Below, in pieces: positions 36,016-49,926 of a DNA stretch of 64,000 nucleotides (its first letter is position 1; every line of letters starts with the position of its first letter). Source of the DNA: Mobula birostris (taxonomy: Eukaryota); the NCBI RefSeq assembly GCF_030028105.1, contig NC_092402.1:44132137-44196136 (forward strand). Reading direction: 5' to 3'. The position numbers and the translations under genes were made by a program. Below the pieces are notes generated by a model. That model ran no database searches, was not told the DNA's origin, and was given only the letters and a program-made list of their open reading frames with translations.

Positions 36016-36721
36016 CTGCAATGGAAAGTGAGACTTTAGTGCATAGTATCCATCAGCATTGAGCATTAGAACCTGTAGTAAAACCAATAAATCATGAGAA
36101 GGCCAATGATGCCGGGCGGTGTTATTGGCTGCCTCCAGAAATGTCAACAGTAATAAGCTTCATTTCTGTTGATTTGTAGCTAAATAATATTCAAGCTGGC
36201 TAATTGAGTGACACACCACAGAAATATACCTCTTGGCCTATTCAAAGTTCAAAGCAAATTTTATTATCAAATTACATATAATTCATCATACACAACCTCA
36301 AGATTAATTTTGCTGTTGGCATACTCAACAAATCTATAGAATAGTAACTATAACACAATTAATATATGACCACCAAATAGGGCTTTTGGACAAAGGTTTG
36401 AAGTAGATATGGTTATTGATAGGGTATGGGAGAAATGGCCTTCTCAAGGTGGGTTTATGTAGGCTGAGGAGGATCTATAACTTTTATAGATTATAAAAAC
36501 AGAACATTTATAATTGAAGCAAGTTACAAATTTTAAAGGTACATTAATTGTCAGTAATGCCTTTGGACCAGTCTTGCATTAATTTGGTACTTTAAGAGCA
36601 GGAGTCATTAGATTCAATAACATTATACAATGATAAAAAGGGTCCAATGACCAGGATAGAAATATCAAGTATTAGAGAATGTGCATTTAAGGTGAGAGGG
36701 AGAAAGTTTAAAGGAGATATA

Positions 36722-37391
36722 GGAGAAGAAGATGGCGGTGCGACGGCAGCGCGCGCGGCCACTTCGCTGGTGATGTCTGTTATCTGTCAAGTAGGGGACC
36801 GTGCACAATCCTGATTTGATGGAGACAGACGTGAGAGTATGGAGGAACATCTGGAAAATTTCTGAAATGCCCGCTTCACTGCTGCTACTACTGTGTGGTA
36901 ACCAGAATCTCTAGAGCAGAAGGCCCCGAAATCCTTGACTTTGCGTGTTTCAGTGGTCGGGCGAGGTCGAAGGCGCTCGGCAGAGGATGGCGCTCGGGAG
37001 GCTGTATCAGAGAGGCTGGTCGGAAGCTCGAAGTTTTCTGACAGATGGACTCAAGTGTCGGCTGTGGTCGGCTGCTTCCAAGGCATTGGCAAGTTGACGG
37101 TACCTGGAGGTTTATGGCAGGGAGTTTCTCCCTTTTGCCGCCTGCTATCGGGGACTCAGGAGTCGATCGACTCAGGGACTTTTGAGACTTTATTTACCGT
37201 TCTTCATCAAATTATGGTATTGCTTTGCACTGCTGTAACTATATGTTATAATTATGTGGTTCTGTCAGTGTTATTCTTTGGTTTGTCTTGTTTTCTGTGA
37301 TATCACTCCAGAGAAACATTGTATCATTTTTTAATGCATGTATGCATTTCTAAATGACAATAAAAGAGGACTGAGTGTTCTCATAATCTAA
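36722..37391 (+). mobile_element. Relatively young CpG-rich non-coding insertion splitting a CR1 fragment (class unknown)
   Basis: CR1 'aaaggagatatagg' | insert | 'aaatttttttttacatagg'. It starts with AAGATGGCG and ends with AATAAA followed by 'ataatctaa'. Confidence 0.6.
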
Positions 37392-38689
37392 ATTTTTTTT
37401 TACATAGGAATGGTGGATGTCTGGAACCCACTGCCAGGGATGGGCTGGAAGAAAGTATAATTGTGGTGTTCAATAGGCTGTTAGATACTCATGAATATTC
37501 AGGGTTGGAGCGATATGGATCGTTTGCAGGTAGAAGAGATTTAGCTTAATTTGTCATCATGTTCTGCACAGACATTATGGGCTGAAGGGCTTGTTCCTAT
37601 GCTGTAATGTTCTATGTATGAAAGCTCAAATAATATATTTTGGCTTTTTATTAAAAATAATTTTGGCAGGCTGCAATTTATGGACAGGAGGCGGCAGTGT
37701 TCTAAAAGGGATGTAACAGGAGCTATATTAATGCAAGTTGGCCAGCTAGTAAGATGCTCAGAGATTGAATGTTGTTCAGTAGAGTGGACAAAAGGCTATC
37801 ATTTTAGTAGGAAGCTTTCTTGGATTGATTAGGAACCTCCTGGAATGCAAACACATTTTAAGGAAAGACTTCAAAAATAGATACTTTCACTGCACAATAG
37901 AAGTTAATCATTATATATTACTGAGCCATCTCACTGAACACCTGGAACACAAACTTTCTACTTTTTTCCCAGCTATTAAAACTCAGCCTTAATTAAGTCT
38001 TTCAGCTACCCAGGGAAAATCACATGACATTTAACTCCACTGTATATATCTCTGGACTCTACACACTTCATTGGCTGTGAATGAGTTCCTAATTTGATCT
38101 GTTTTGACAACCCTGCCGAAAGGGTTCAAACATGATTTTTTCTATGCTCTGCAGCATGAATTACTTATTCAGTGAACGGCAGAGCAGGCAGGATAAAATC
38201 AGGGTGGGAGTCCACGGGGATTAGAGCAGGAATTTAATAAATACTGAAATAAACCAGAAATCTGATGGTGCAGCACCTGCTTCTCAGACACTAACTGGGT
38301 GTCCAGACCTCCAAAGCAGCACATGCTAAAGAAAGGCTCAATGGGGCAATCATGTCTATGAAGGCAATAAAAAAAATGCATTTGGGGGAGGAAACAGCTG
38401 CTTGGGATTTTCCACATGCAATTAGGATCCTAATGTCCTGGTGCAGCCTCCAAGTGAGGCAAAGGATTGCCCTAAACACAGCCAATGTTGTACACGTAGC
38501 AGTCAACCATCCTTAAAGGAGGCTCCTACGAGGGAAACAATTTTGCACAAATTATTCATCTGACTTGGAAACTGCAGAGTCATATTTGAAAGCAATGTTT
38601 AAAGAATTTTCCCTCCAGAAAATGACTCTAACAACATGAATTACGTAGGTTGACATAATTTTTGGTCAATGTGATTGCATCGGTATGAT

Positions 38690-39255
38690 GCAATGAAGGC
38701 GGCGGCATGCTAGAGGCTACACTTCATTAGGAGCTTGAGATTTGGTATGTCAAAGACTCTGGCACATTTCTACAGATGTACTGTGGAGAGTATTCGGATT
38801 GGTTGCATCACCACCCGGTATAGAGGTGCCAATACACAGGATTGAAAAAGCTGCAGATGGTTGTGAACTCTGCAAGTTCCATCATGGACAATAGCCTCCG
38901 CACCTTCAAGGATGTCTTCAAAAGGTGATGCCTCAAGAAGACGGCATCTACCATTAAAGACTCTCACCATCCAGAACATGCCCTCTTCCTATTACAACCC
39001 TCAAGGAGAAGGTACACGAATCTGAAGATGCACACTCAATGTTTTAGGAACAGCTTCTTCTCCTCTGCCATCAGATTTCTGAATGGCCCATGAGCCCATG
39101 AACACTACTTCATTATTTTGCTCTTTTTTGCATTACTTATTTTTACATAAATCTTATTGTAACATAGTATTTTTATGTAACTGCACTGCTGCTGCAAAAC
39201 TAGAAATTTCACAACGTATAGTATGTCAGTGATAATAAACCTAATTCTGGTTTGA
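38690..39255 (+). mobile_element. Rex/Babar-type LINE 3' fragment
   Basis: FYRCTVESI and KD.HHP.HALF remnants plus the 3' tail. Confidence 0.75.
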
Positions 39256-39444
39256 TGTTCCGGTCCATATGTTCCCCCCCTCCCCCCCACCAATTGTCCC
39301 TGCTCTCTGCATCTTCCTGAATCACTGCCATCTTCTGAGATCACAGTATTTCTCAAGTTCCAGTCCTTTGCACTTCGCAGCACTTAAATGCTCTAGTATG
39401 ATTGGCTGCCACTCTGGAACTCCCTCCTCTTATCTGCCTTGCAC

Positions 39445-39735
39445 TGGTGCATGAGTCTAGGACTAGAGTGTATATCCTCAGGATAGACGGACGTCCCTTT
39501 AGACCAGAGATGAAGAGGAATTTCTTTACCCAGAGTTTGGTGAACCAGTGGACGGCTGTGGAAGCCAAGTCACTGGGTATATTCAAAGTAGAGATTGATA
39601 GGTTCTTGATTCATAAGGGGCATCAAATGTTATGGGGAGAAGAGATAATAAATCAGCCACGATCGAATGACAGAGCACATTCAATGAGCCGAATGGCCTA
39701 ATTTTGCTCCAATGTCTTTCAGTCTTATGGTCTAA
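39445..39735 (+). mobile_element. CR1 3' fragment
   Basis: ESRTR..LRIDGRPFRPEMKRNFFTQ and a tatggtct tail. Confidence 0.8.
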
Positions 39736-40306
39736 GCTTTTGGTCACCAATCTTTATATTTGCTTAAGTTTAGGTTGAGGCAAGTGAAGTCCTGTGAAAT
39801 GTTATACTACATTAAGAGCTATCAAAATACAGGTTAATACTAATGAGTCAGCAACAATCATAAGAATTACATTGGAGTCAGAATGGACTGCAGATGCCGG
39901 AATCTGTGCAAGAAACTAGATGCTGGAGGCACTCAGCAGGTCAGGAGGAAAATGTCTGATGGATGCTGCCTGATCCATTGAGTTCTTCCAGCATCTAGTT
40001 TTTTGCTCCAGACTCCAGCATCTGCAGTCTCTTGTCTTTCACTGAACATATAGAAGATAATATAAAAATACAAGCAAACATAAGAAAAGTTAAACTATGA
40101 GAAAAATAACAATTTTACACTCTAATTCAACTACACCTTTCAACCTTTTTCAAAGAATTCTACAGAGATTTGTGAAAAAGATAATTTCCGGCTACTGGTA
40201 TGATGAAGTTACTCAGAGCAGAGTGCAATTAAAGATTAAGGTGATCTAAAAGTTGAGCAGAGATACAATGTTTTAATTAATTGTTTCTTGATGGTGTATC
40301 AATCTG

Positions 40307-40565
40307 TTGGTGTGTTGGCGCGTGGCCAAGTGGTTAAGGCATTCATCTAGTGATCTGAAGGTCGCTAGTTCGAGCCTTGGCTGAGGCGGCGTGTTGTGTC
40401 CTTGAGCAAGGCACTTAACCACACATTGCTCTGCGATGACACCAAGCTATATGGGTCCTAATGCCCTTCCCTTGGACAACATCGGTGGTGTGGAGAGGGG
40501 AGACTTGCAGCATGGGCAACTTCCGGTCTTCCATACAACCTTGCCCAAGCCTGGCAACCTTCATA
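40307..40565 (+). mobile_element. tRNA-derived SINE with a CORE-like segment and a 10-bp TSD
   Basis: A box TGGCCAAGTGG (40323-40333), B box GTTCGAGCC (40368-40376), 'gtccttgagcaaggcacttaacc', and TSD tatcaatctg at 40297-40306 and 40566-40575. Confidence 0.88.
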
Positions 40566-41529
40566 TATCAATCTGAATTTCTGACGGAACTTTCAAATTC
40601 TGCATGAAAGATGTTGCTGCTGAGTTGCAGCAGCAGCAACAAAATTTTTTGTTAAACTTTATTTTCAACTCTGGTCACCCTGACCTTTCACACAGTTTGC
40701 TGAGCTGCTGTGGTTTGGTGTCTGCTTCGGCTCAGTGGCTGGCCTTCTTGCCTCTGAATAACACATTGTGGGTTTTATTTCTCCTCTCTGGATTGAGTCT
40801 GCAATCCCTATGGTATTGGGATGTAGAGCTGTGAACTGCTGGATGAGAAGTCAAACTACGGCTTCGCTGAGTCTATTGAGCGGTCATAAGTATTCCCTTG
40901 ATAATATTCAAAGAGGAACAGTGAGTTCTGCATGGCTAGTCAGAAAAGAAAAATTAAGGACGACTTATATATTTTGTATAATTGCCTAGAAATTCAGAGG
41001 CGCCTTGTAGGATGCGTTATGGATACAAAAGTATGGGGGCCAATGACTTTCTTTTGGCTAAAGCTAATATGTTAGCCACTTCAACTGGCCTCAAGAGATA
41101 AATAGTAAAACCAATTTTCTAATTTGTACTCTTAGACCCCTTTCCTCACAGAAAACCTTTGAACAACACCTTGAGACATTCAAACCAAGCTAAGCATGTT
41201 GTAACAGCTTTTGACTCTAACTTGAACTGGTTCTGTCTACATTCCAATCTGATTTCTCTGGTTAATGAAGAACATTTTGGAGTAATGCAAGACATAGAGA
41301 CCCGACTTGTGCACATGAAACTCTCATCTAACAAGATGATGACCAGATTTGATTTTTAGTGATTTTGATTAGGATAGAAATATTGAAGAGAATACCAGTG
41401 AGAACAAAAAAATTTAAGCAGGAGTATATCATTTAGCCCCTTGTGTTTACTCTTCTGTTCAAAAGGACCATGGTTGACCTTTCCCGAATGAATCCTATGT
41501 AACCCTGATTCCTTTAATATCTAAAAATA

Positions 41530-42080
41530 CATATTGGCCACTTTATTAGGTACCCCCTATGCCTAATAAAGTGGCCACTGAGTGTATGTTCATGGCTTTT
41601 TGCTACTGTAGACCATCCACTTTAAGATTTGACGTGTTCTGTGTTCAGAGTTGCTTTTCTGCACACCACTGTTGTAACATGTGGTTATCTGAGTTACTGT
41701 CGCCTTCCTGTCAGCTTGAACCAGTCTGGCCATTCTCCTCTGAACTCTCTCATTAACAATACATTTTCACCCATAAAACTGCCGTTCACTGGATGTTTTT
41801 TTGCTTTTCACACCATTCTCTGTAAAATCTAGAGACTGTTGTACATGAAAATCCCAAGAGATCAGCAATTTTTGAGGTACTCAAACCACCCCTGCCTGGC
41901 ACCAACAATCATTCCACGGTCAAAGTCACTTAGACCACATTTCTTCCCCCATTCTGATCTTTGGTCTGAACAACAACTGAACCTCTTGACCATGTCTGCA
42001 TACTTTCATGCATTGAGTTTATGCATTATGGATATGATTGGCTGATTAGATATTTGCATAATAAAGTGGCCACTGAATGT
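41530..42080 (-). mobile_element. Non-autonomous Tc1-like transposon inserted into an old CR1 fragment
   Basis: Same TIRs and transposase remnant as 34150-34710, in reverse orientation. Confidence 0.85.
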
Positions 42081-43299
42081 ATATCTCTTTCTGTTTTGAA
42101 TATACTCAGTAGCTGAGCCTCAAGTGCCTCCTTGGGTAAAGAATTCCAAAGATTCACCAGACCATGGAATATTTCTTCTCAACTCAGTTCTGAATGGCCA
42201 ACCAGTCAGGAGAAACATTGTCCTTGCATTTACTCTATCAAGCACCATATATATTCTAGATATTTCAATGATATCACCCTCCATCCTTCTCGAACTTTAG
42301 AGAACGTAGGCCCAGTTTGCTTACACTCTTGTCATTTGACGTCCTTCCAAACTCAGGAATCAATCTGATGAACATTTGTCGAACTCCCTCTTTTGCAAGT
42401 ACCTCCTTCTTTCGGAGGAGAGACCAGACCTGTACATAGTATTCCAGCTGTAGCCTCACCATGGCCTATATAGCAAGTTGTCTTTATGAGTGTACGCAAA
42501 TATTTATTTACCAGGCCCCTCTGGCCCAATAAGCCCGTGCTGTCCAATTATACCCACACGACCAATTAATCTACTAACCCGCACATCTTTGCAATGTGAG
42601 AGGAAACTCGAACACCCACACAGTCACGGGGAGAATGTACAAACTCCTACTAGACGGTGGCGATAATTGAACCTGGGTCACTGGTGCTGTAATAGTGTTA
42701 TACTAACTATTACACTACTGTACTGCTTCTAAATCTGCATGAAATAAGGGCCACTATACCATCTGCTTTGCTAATTTCAGTGGTTTGCGTGTAAGGACAG
42801 TCAGGTTCAACACCATCTCTCATGTCCTTGTCCATTCAGTTAGCCCGGTTATACTCATTTAAAACCTCTCTGCACCCTTCACACAATTCACATAGCCACT
42901 AGGCCTAGTTTTGTCAGTAATCTGTATATATTATGCTTCATTCCCTCTTTTAATGCATTGATATAGATTTTGAACATGTGACATCCAAACTCGTCACAGC
43001 TTTTCAACCTGAAAGTGATCAATCCACTTTAATCCATTACCCCGAGGCCTTTTGAAAGTCCAAAGACAGCACTTCAACTGGTTTACCTTTATTATTCTGC
43101 TGTTTGCAACTTCAAAAACTCAATTAAACATGATTTCCTTTCATAAATCCATGCTGCCTTTGTCCAATCTTTTATTATTGTCTATGTACCCTGTAGTTCT
43201 AGTACTGTCTACTAATATCCAACACAAAGCAAAATTAAACACTGACACTCATCACAGAGTGTGTCCATGGACGCATCTTGTCCCCATTCTCTGATGCCA

Positions 43300-43760
43300 G
43301 TCAGCAGGTGTATTTTAATTCCCATTCCGACATGTTAAGATGAGGCCACCCTCAGGGTGGAGGAGCACCACCTTATATTCTGTCTGGGTAGCCTCCAGCC
43401 TGATGGCATGAACATCAATTTCTCCTTCTGGTTAACAAATCTCCCCCATCCCCATTCTATTCCCCTCTATGACCTTTTACTTCTTCTCACCTGCCTCTTA
43501 CTTCCCCCGGGTCCCCTCCTCCATCCCTTTCTCCTACCAGATTCCTTCTTCTCCAGCCCTTGACCTCTCCCACCCACTTGGCTTCACCTATCACCTTCCA
43601 GCTAACTTCCTTCCTCTCCTCCCCCTTTTTATCCAGGCATCTTCCCCCTTCCTTCTCAGTCCTGCTGAAGGGTCTCAGTCTGAAGCATTGACTGTTCATT
43701 TTCATGGATGTTGCCTGACTTGCTGAGTTCCTCCAGTATCTTGTGTATGCGTTGCTTTTG
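43300..43760 (+). mobile_element. Penelope-like element 3' fragment (GIY-YIG C-terminus and terminal repeat)
   Basis: ORF 43357-43563 contains EEHHLIFCLGSLQPDGMNINF, followed by the terminal repeat with a hammerhead-like motif near 43657-43694. Confidence 0.8.
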
Positions 43761-44574
43761 GAATCTTCCCTTCAGAATTTCCTCTCTAAATTTCTCTGCC
43801 TTGAATCTGCCTCTGTCTCTCAACTCCACCCTTCCCCTCCTTCTCTCTATTACCCTCAACCTTTCTCAGTACACCTGTCTCACCCCTGCCCCTTTCCTCA
43901 TTATACTGGCTATCTTCCCTCTCCATCCTCAGTCCTAATGCAGGGTATCAACACAAAATGGCAACAATTTCTTCCCCATGACCCCCCAGATACCGCTTAC
44001 CTGCTGAGTTTCCCCAGCAGCTTGTTCTTTTGTTCCGATTCCAGAATCCGCAATTTCTTATTTATACCTTTTTTCGTTTTCCTACCTAAGTTGCTTGCAA
44101 TTTTCTCATTGGTAAGGAACTTTGGATTGTTTTCTACTCGCAAGATGCAATATAACGTTTCTCATTGAATCCTCTGAACAAAGTTTCACTGATTCTGTCA
44201 AGTTCAAGTTTATTGTTGCCAAAGGCACACATTCACAAGGTATAAGTACTTTGAAAATTAACTTTTTGCAGCAGCATCGCAGTACACTACAAGATGAGGA
44301 CAAACATAAGTTACCATAAACTTAAACTAACATATACACTCAGTGGCCACTCTGTTAGGTCAACAGTTGCTGCACTCTCACCAGCTCCCCACTTGGCCTT
44401 GGGACCCCCCCCCCCGACATCATCAATCCCTACGTCAGGCTGCTGTTTATTAATTACAGCCCTGTGCCCAACACAATCATATTCTCAGTTCTAATCCACA
44501 AGCTCCAAAACCTGAGCCTCTGTACTTCCCTCTGAAACTGGATCGTTGACTTCCACACCGGGAGACCACAGATG

Positions 44575-45128
44575 GGGTACAAGGGGGAGGAGGGGCATTA
44601 ACAGAAGTTACAGAAGTCAATGTTCATGCCATCAGGTTAGAGGCTACCCAGACGGAGTATAAGATGTTGTTCCTCCAACCTGATTGTGGCTTCATCTTGA
44701 CAGTAGAGGAGGCCGTGGATAGACATATCAGAATGGGAATGGGACCTGGAATTAAAATATGTGACCACTGGGAGATCCTGCTTTCTCTGGAGGACAGGGC
44801 ATAGGTGTTCAGCGAAACGGTCTCCCAGTCTGCGCCAGGTCTCATGATCCTCTCGTATCCCTTTTGCCAATCACCTGTCCAGCTCTTAGCTCCATCCTTC
44901 CCCCTCCTGTCTTCTCCTATCATTTTCGATCTCCCCCTCCCCCTCCCCCTCCCACTTTCAAATCTCTTACTAGCTCTTCTTTCAGTTAGTCCTGAAGAAG
45001 GGTCTCGGCCTGAAACATCGACTGTACTGCTTCCTAGAGATGCTGCCTGGCTTGCTGCGTTCCCCCAGCAACTTTTATGTGTGTTTCTTGAAATTCCAGC
45101 ATCTGCAGATTTCCTCGTGTTTGCGTTT
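44575..45128. mobile_element. Penelope-like element: inverted GIY-YIG segment (-) joined to a forward terminal repeat (+)
   Basis: Minus-strand ORFs 44637-44870 and 44624-44923 include RRLGDRFAEHL...HFNS.SHSHSDMSIHGLLYCQDEAT.RLEEQHLILRLGSL. The plus-strand terminal repeat runs from 44845 to 45128. Confidence 0.88.
44987..45024 (+). ncRNA. Best-preserved minimal type I hammerhead ribozyme motif (probably impaired)
   Basis: TAGTC-CTGAAGA-A-GGGTCTCGGCCT-GAAA-C-ATC-GACTG: stem I agtc/gact, intact catalytic core and an NUH triplet. Confidence 0.65.
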
Positions 45129-45159
45129 TTAAGATCATTAAGATGATGATCGTCTTTGT

Positions 45160-46145
45160 GTTATCTTTGTGCAGACGACGCAAAGATTGGCCAAGTTATT
45201 GATAGTGTGGAAGGTTCAGGCTGCAGAGAGAGATCGATATTTTGGTGAAATGAACTGTAAAGTGGCAGGTGGAGCTTAATTCAGACTGAGATGAGGTGAT
45301 GCATTTTGGGAGTACCAATGAGGCAAGGACATACACCATGAAAGGTAGGATCTTCGAGAGTCCTGAGGAAAAGAGTGATCTCAGAGTCCAAGCCCATAGA
45401 TCCTTGGAGATGGCAACACAGTTTGACAATGTGGTTAGGAAGGCACATTGGATAGGTCCTTCATTAGATAGGGAACTGAATACAGAAGTTGGGAGGTAAA
45501 GACGCAGCTTTATAAAACCTTGGTCTGACCTCAACTGAAATACTACCTGCAATTCTAGTGACTAAGGTAAAGGAAGGGTATGATGGTGCTGTAGAGGGTG
45601 CAGAGGAGATTCATCAAGATGTTCAGCAGTTCAGTTATGAGGAGAAACTAAAGAAGTTTGGTCTCTTCTCCCTGGAACAGAGCAAGTTGAGGGAATATGA
45701 TTAAGGTATGTAAACTTGACAGGTATAGGCTACAGGGAACTTTTACCCATATCAGTGGTAGAAAAAACTGGGGGACATAGATTTAAGGTAGAGGAAGAGA
45801 TTTAGAGGGGATCTGAGGGGGACTTTCTTCATCCAGAGAGTGATAAATGGTTGAGTAGTTGAAGCTGGTTCACTGACAGCATTTTGAGTCATGAAGTTAC
45901 ACACACAGAACCAAGTTCTTCAGCCCGAATCATCCGCCCTGACCAAGGTGCCCTCCTGAGCTAGCCCTTTCTCTAGCATTTAAGAAGTGTGGAAATAAAC
46001 ACTTGAAATGCTTGGGCACAGAGGGCTATGGACAAACTGCTGGGAGATGGGGTTAATATGGAATGGTGCCCCCAGTCAGTGTGAACATGCTGGGCTAAAT
46101 AGTCTGTTTCCATATGCTGTATTATTATATGATTTGATTCTATGA
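45160..46145 (+). mobile_element. Old CR1 ORF2 3' fragment
   Basis: ADDAKIG, MHFG and YKTLV.PQLKY remnants with many stops. Confidence 0.75.
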
Positions 46146-46724
46146 TTCTATCCAAACAAATTTTTTATTGCCTCACTGCCCCATATCTGATGTCACACTT
46201 AGCAAGAGCCATTAATTGTAGTTAGGCAGGCACACACACCCAGTACCCTTTAAGGGTCCTGGGGACATTTTACATCAGTCATCTCTAGCCTTAGGACTAG
46301 ACTGCCCATCGGGTCCAATATAGCAGTTAATCCATAAGATTAGTTGAGATGATTGCACATAACCAGGAATAATTAGAGGACATTATTCAGTCAACTTGTC
46401 ACTATTATAGAAAAGAGCACAAAGCGTCCTTGAAAATTATGCAGTTAGTAAGGCATAGATGTACAACAATATCCAAGGTTTGATTTTTTAACCAGTGTAA
46501 TAATGGCCCTGTAATTGACCACCGGCTTGTGGGTGACACCAAGGAAAACCCATCAGTGATCCTGTTAGGTGTGCACCTGCTGGATTTCAGTGACGGATGC
46601 ACCAGGTTCAGATCTGAAACCCCTGGAGGCTATGAACAATGTCAATGCTTCTACATCGGTGATGCAGGGGCCTGCCTGGTCATCATGGACTGCAGCCATG
46701 GGCTCTAGTGAGTGAGCAACAACC

Positions 46725-47560
46725 ACTGTTGTCGGCCGAATCAAACGGGGAGACTGAAAATCTTGTTGAATGGTGCCTCAACAACAACAACTCAACATCA
46801 GCAAAACCAAAGAGCTGGTTATTGACTACAGAAGGAGGAAACTGGAGGTCCATGAGCCACTCTTCATTAGCAGATCAAACGTGGAGAGGGCCAGTAACTT
46901 TAATTTCCTTGGCATTATCATTTCAGAGGACCTGTCCTGGGACTAGCACATAACTGCTAAAAGAAGGCAGTGCCTCTACATACTTAGGAGTTTGCACAGC
47001 TGTGGCATGTCACCTAAAACTTTGACAAACTTCTATAGATGCACAGTGGAGAGTATCCTGACTGGTTGTATCATGGGCTGGTATGAAAACACCAATGCCC
47101 AAGAATGGCAAAGCCTACATAGAGCAATGGATATAGCCCAGTCCATCACAGAAAAAGCACTCTCCAAAATTGAGCATATTTATAAGGAGTGCTGCCACAA
47201 GAAAGCAGCATCCATCATGAAGAACCCCCACCATCCTTACCCATGCTCGCTTCTCATTGCTGCCACCAGGAAGCAGGTACAGGAACCTTAGGTCCCACAA
47301 CACCATGTTCACTCACCTCAACACTGAACTGATACCACAACCTATTTTCAAGGAGTCTACAAATTTTTTTCTCAATATTATTTATTTACTCATTTATTTT
47401 TGTACTTGCATATTGGTTGTTTGTCAGCCTTTGTGTAGCTTTTCATTGACTCTATTGTATTTCTCTGTTCTACTGTGAATGCCTGCAAGAAAATGAATCT
47501 CAGGGCAGTAAATGGTGACATGTTCATACTTAGATGATAAATTTACTTTGAACTTTGAAA
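46725..47560 (+). mobile_element. Rex/Babar-type LINE 3' fragment
   Basis: ORF 46992-47291 contains GMSPKTLTNFYRCTVESILTGCI..WY and KKAASIMKNPHHP. The tail is (TTTGAAC)n. Confidence 0.8.
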
Positions 47561-48140
47561 GAGACTTGAATTTAAATTGCATTTTTCAGAACCACAGAAC
47601 ATCTTGAAACAATTCAAAGCCAAAGAAATGCTTTTGAAATGTGGTCTGTTTTATTATGATGGAAGGAAATTACACGCGCCAGTAACGTGATAATGTTGAC
47701 GAGATAGTCTGCCTTAGGGAGATCAACATTGGTTAGAACACTAGGGATAAAACAGACATCTAAATCTTCTCTGTATGTAAAAGCAGATGTTGAAGCAGCG
47801 GAGACTACTGCCAATTTCTGTTGGGGTTACGGGACAGTGATATTCCCTCAAGTATGACGTGAGCTTCCTCTTGTGAATTTCTAGCCTGCTGTAGGCAGAC
47901 TTGCAAAAAGTACAATAGAATATGGGAAAGGCACCATGTACTTCAAAGATTGATGAGACAGTAAGTCATTCGAAATGGATACCAAAGGTTCAACAGTCTG
48001 GCAATGGCAGCAATAACATTTTGTACTGAAGATCAGTTGTGAAGAATTGGCCTCCCAGTTTGTCCCAATGGCGCAGGTCATTTAATTTATGCATGAGCAT
48101 GTTTCACCGTCCTATGAAAGCATGCTCTTACATTCCATCA

Positions 48141-48343
48141 TTGTTGTTGTTGCTCCTTTCCGCGCCTTGCGGCGCATCAGGCGGTAACCTTGCCGGTTCT
48201 TTAGCACTTCTGTCTTTTTTTATTTTACGAGGCCGACACTCAACCCAGCACGGATAGAAAGCGTGCAAGGTGCCGGCCGGATTCGAACCCGGGAACACTT
48301 CCCTCGAGGTCTGGTGCATATGTCACTACACCTCTGGCTAGTT
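48141..48343 (-). mobile_element. tRNA-derived SINE with a (CAA)n tail and a 9-bp TSD
   Basis: Minus-strand B box GGTTCGAATCC, 3' hairpin gcgccgcaaggcgc, (CAA)n tail, and TSD attccatca at 48132-48140 and 48344-48352. Confidence 0.88.
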
Positions 48344-49926
48344 ATTCCATCACTGTGCCACTCGCAAATGGTCTCTTCACAATGCAAATATGGCTTCTAT
48401 TTTTAATTACATGCCAATGATGTCATCTGTAATTATCCATGTGAAGCTCTTCGTTTAATATAGTTATTTATATGTATGGAAGACAAATAATTTTCTGAAG
48501 CATAATATACAAAGACAGAGCATTTAATAGTCATAGACCATAAAAATATTGAGCAACATGATAGAATTTCGAGTTCGATATCTAATCATAAGCATATCGC
48601 TGTTTGTGGGACTGTGCTGAGCCATGTTTCCTATATTACCATAGTGACTACACTTTTAAAGTATTTCATTGGCCATAAAGTGTATTCATAAATTCTGACA
48701 GTGACGTGAAAGCCAGAAAATGAATACAAGCTGTTCCTTTATCTTTGTAGAAAGTAATTCAGCAGACAGTGCAGGCCTGTCTCTGATGATTGTCCAACAG
48801 TTTTAACCTGAAATCAGTACTTTTTCTTCCAGTTGTTGACCAACCAGGATTTACATATCATCCCATTTACTGGAAAAATCTGCAAAAGCCAAATTTGGTC
48901 ACTCATTGTTTAAGGGAGAGAGAAGTGAGTTCTGCCACCGATGGGATTAAAATGAAAATAATTATGTTAGATTAGATCTGCAGTCTCTACAAGAGCCACA
49001 GAATACCCTGCAGAAGTTGGGATTTCTGCTTACTTTAACAGCGGAAGGAAGTGTGCTGCCAGTGCACTGTTAATGCATAACCTTAGAGTCGTAGAATCGT
49101 ACAGCATTGAAACAGGTCATTCCGCCCAACATGTACATGTTGGGCACCCTTCCACATTAATCCCACCTTTCAGCACTTGATCCATAGCCATCTGAGCCTA
49201 AGTGATTCAAGTACTCTTCTAGACTCTTGTTCTGTCAGCAACCCACTTTTAACCTTTCCTGTAGTGTAAAATGGAAAGGGTGAGCTTCAAGTTCCTGGGT
49301 GTCAATATCTCCGAGGATCTATCCTGGGCCCAACATATTGATACATTACAAAGAAGGCACAGCAGCCCTACGCTTCATTATGAGAGATGGTTATGTCCAT
49401 AAGATCAGAAGACCATAAGATATAGGAGCAGAATTACATCACTTGGCCCATTGAGTTTGCACTGCCATTTCATCGTGGCTGATCCAATTTTCCTATCAGC
49501 CCGAAACTTCTGCTTTCTCCCCATATCTCTTCACCCCGACCAATCAAGAATTTATCAACCTCTGCCTTAAATATATATAAAGACTTGGCCTCCACAATTC
49601 CACAGAGTCACCGCTCTCTGGCTAAAGAAATTCCTTATCATCTTTGTTCTAAATGGATGACCCTATTTTGAGGCTGTGTCCTCTGGTCTTAGATTCACCC
49701 ACCACAGGAAACATCCTCTCCACATCCACTTTATCGAGGCTTTTCACCATTCGATAGGTTTTAAAGGGGTCACCCAGAGAATATAGGCCCAGAGCCATCA
49801 AACGCTCTTCAAATAACAAGCCAATAATAAGACCGTAAGATATAGGAGCAGAAGTAGACCATTTGGTCCATTGAGTCTGCTCCGCCATTCAATCATGGGC
49901 TGATCCAATTCTTCTTTTCTTCTTCC

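Noticed and set aside
40314-40390. Possible tRNA gene
   Set aside because: A and B boxes are present, but the sequence continues into a SINE body bounded by a TSD and lacks a complete acceptor stem and terminator.
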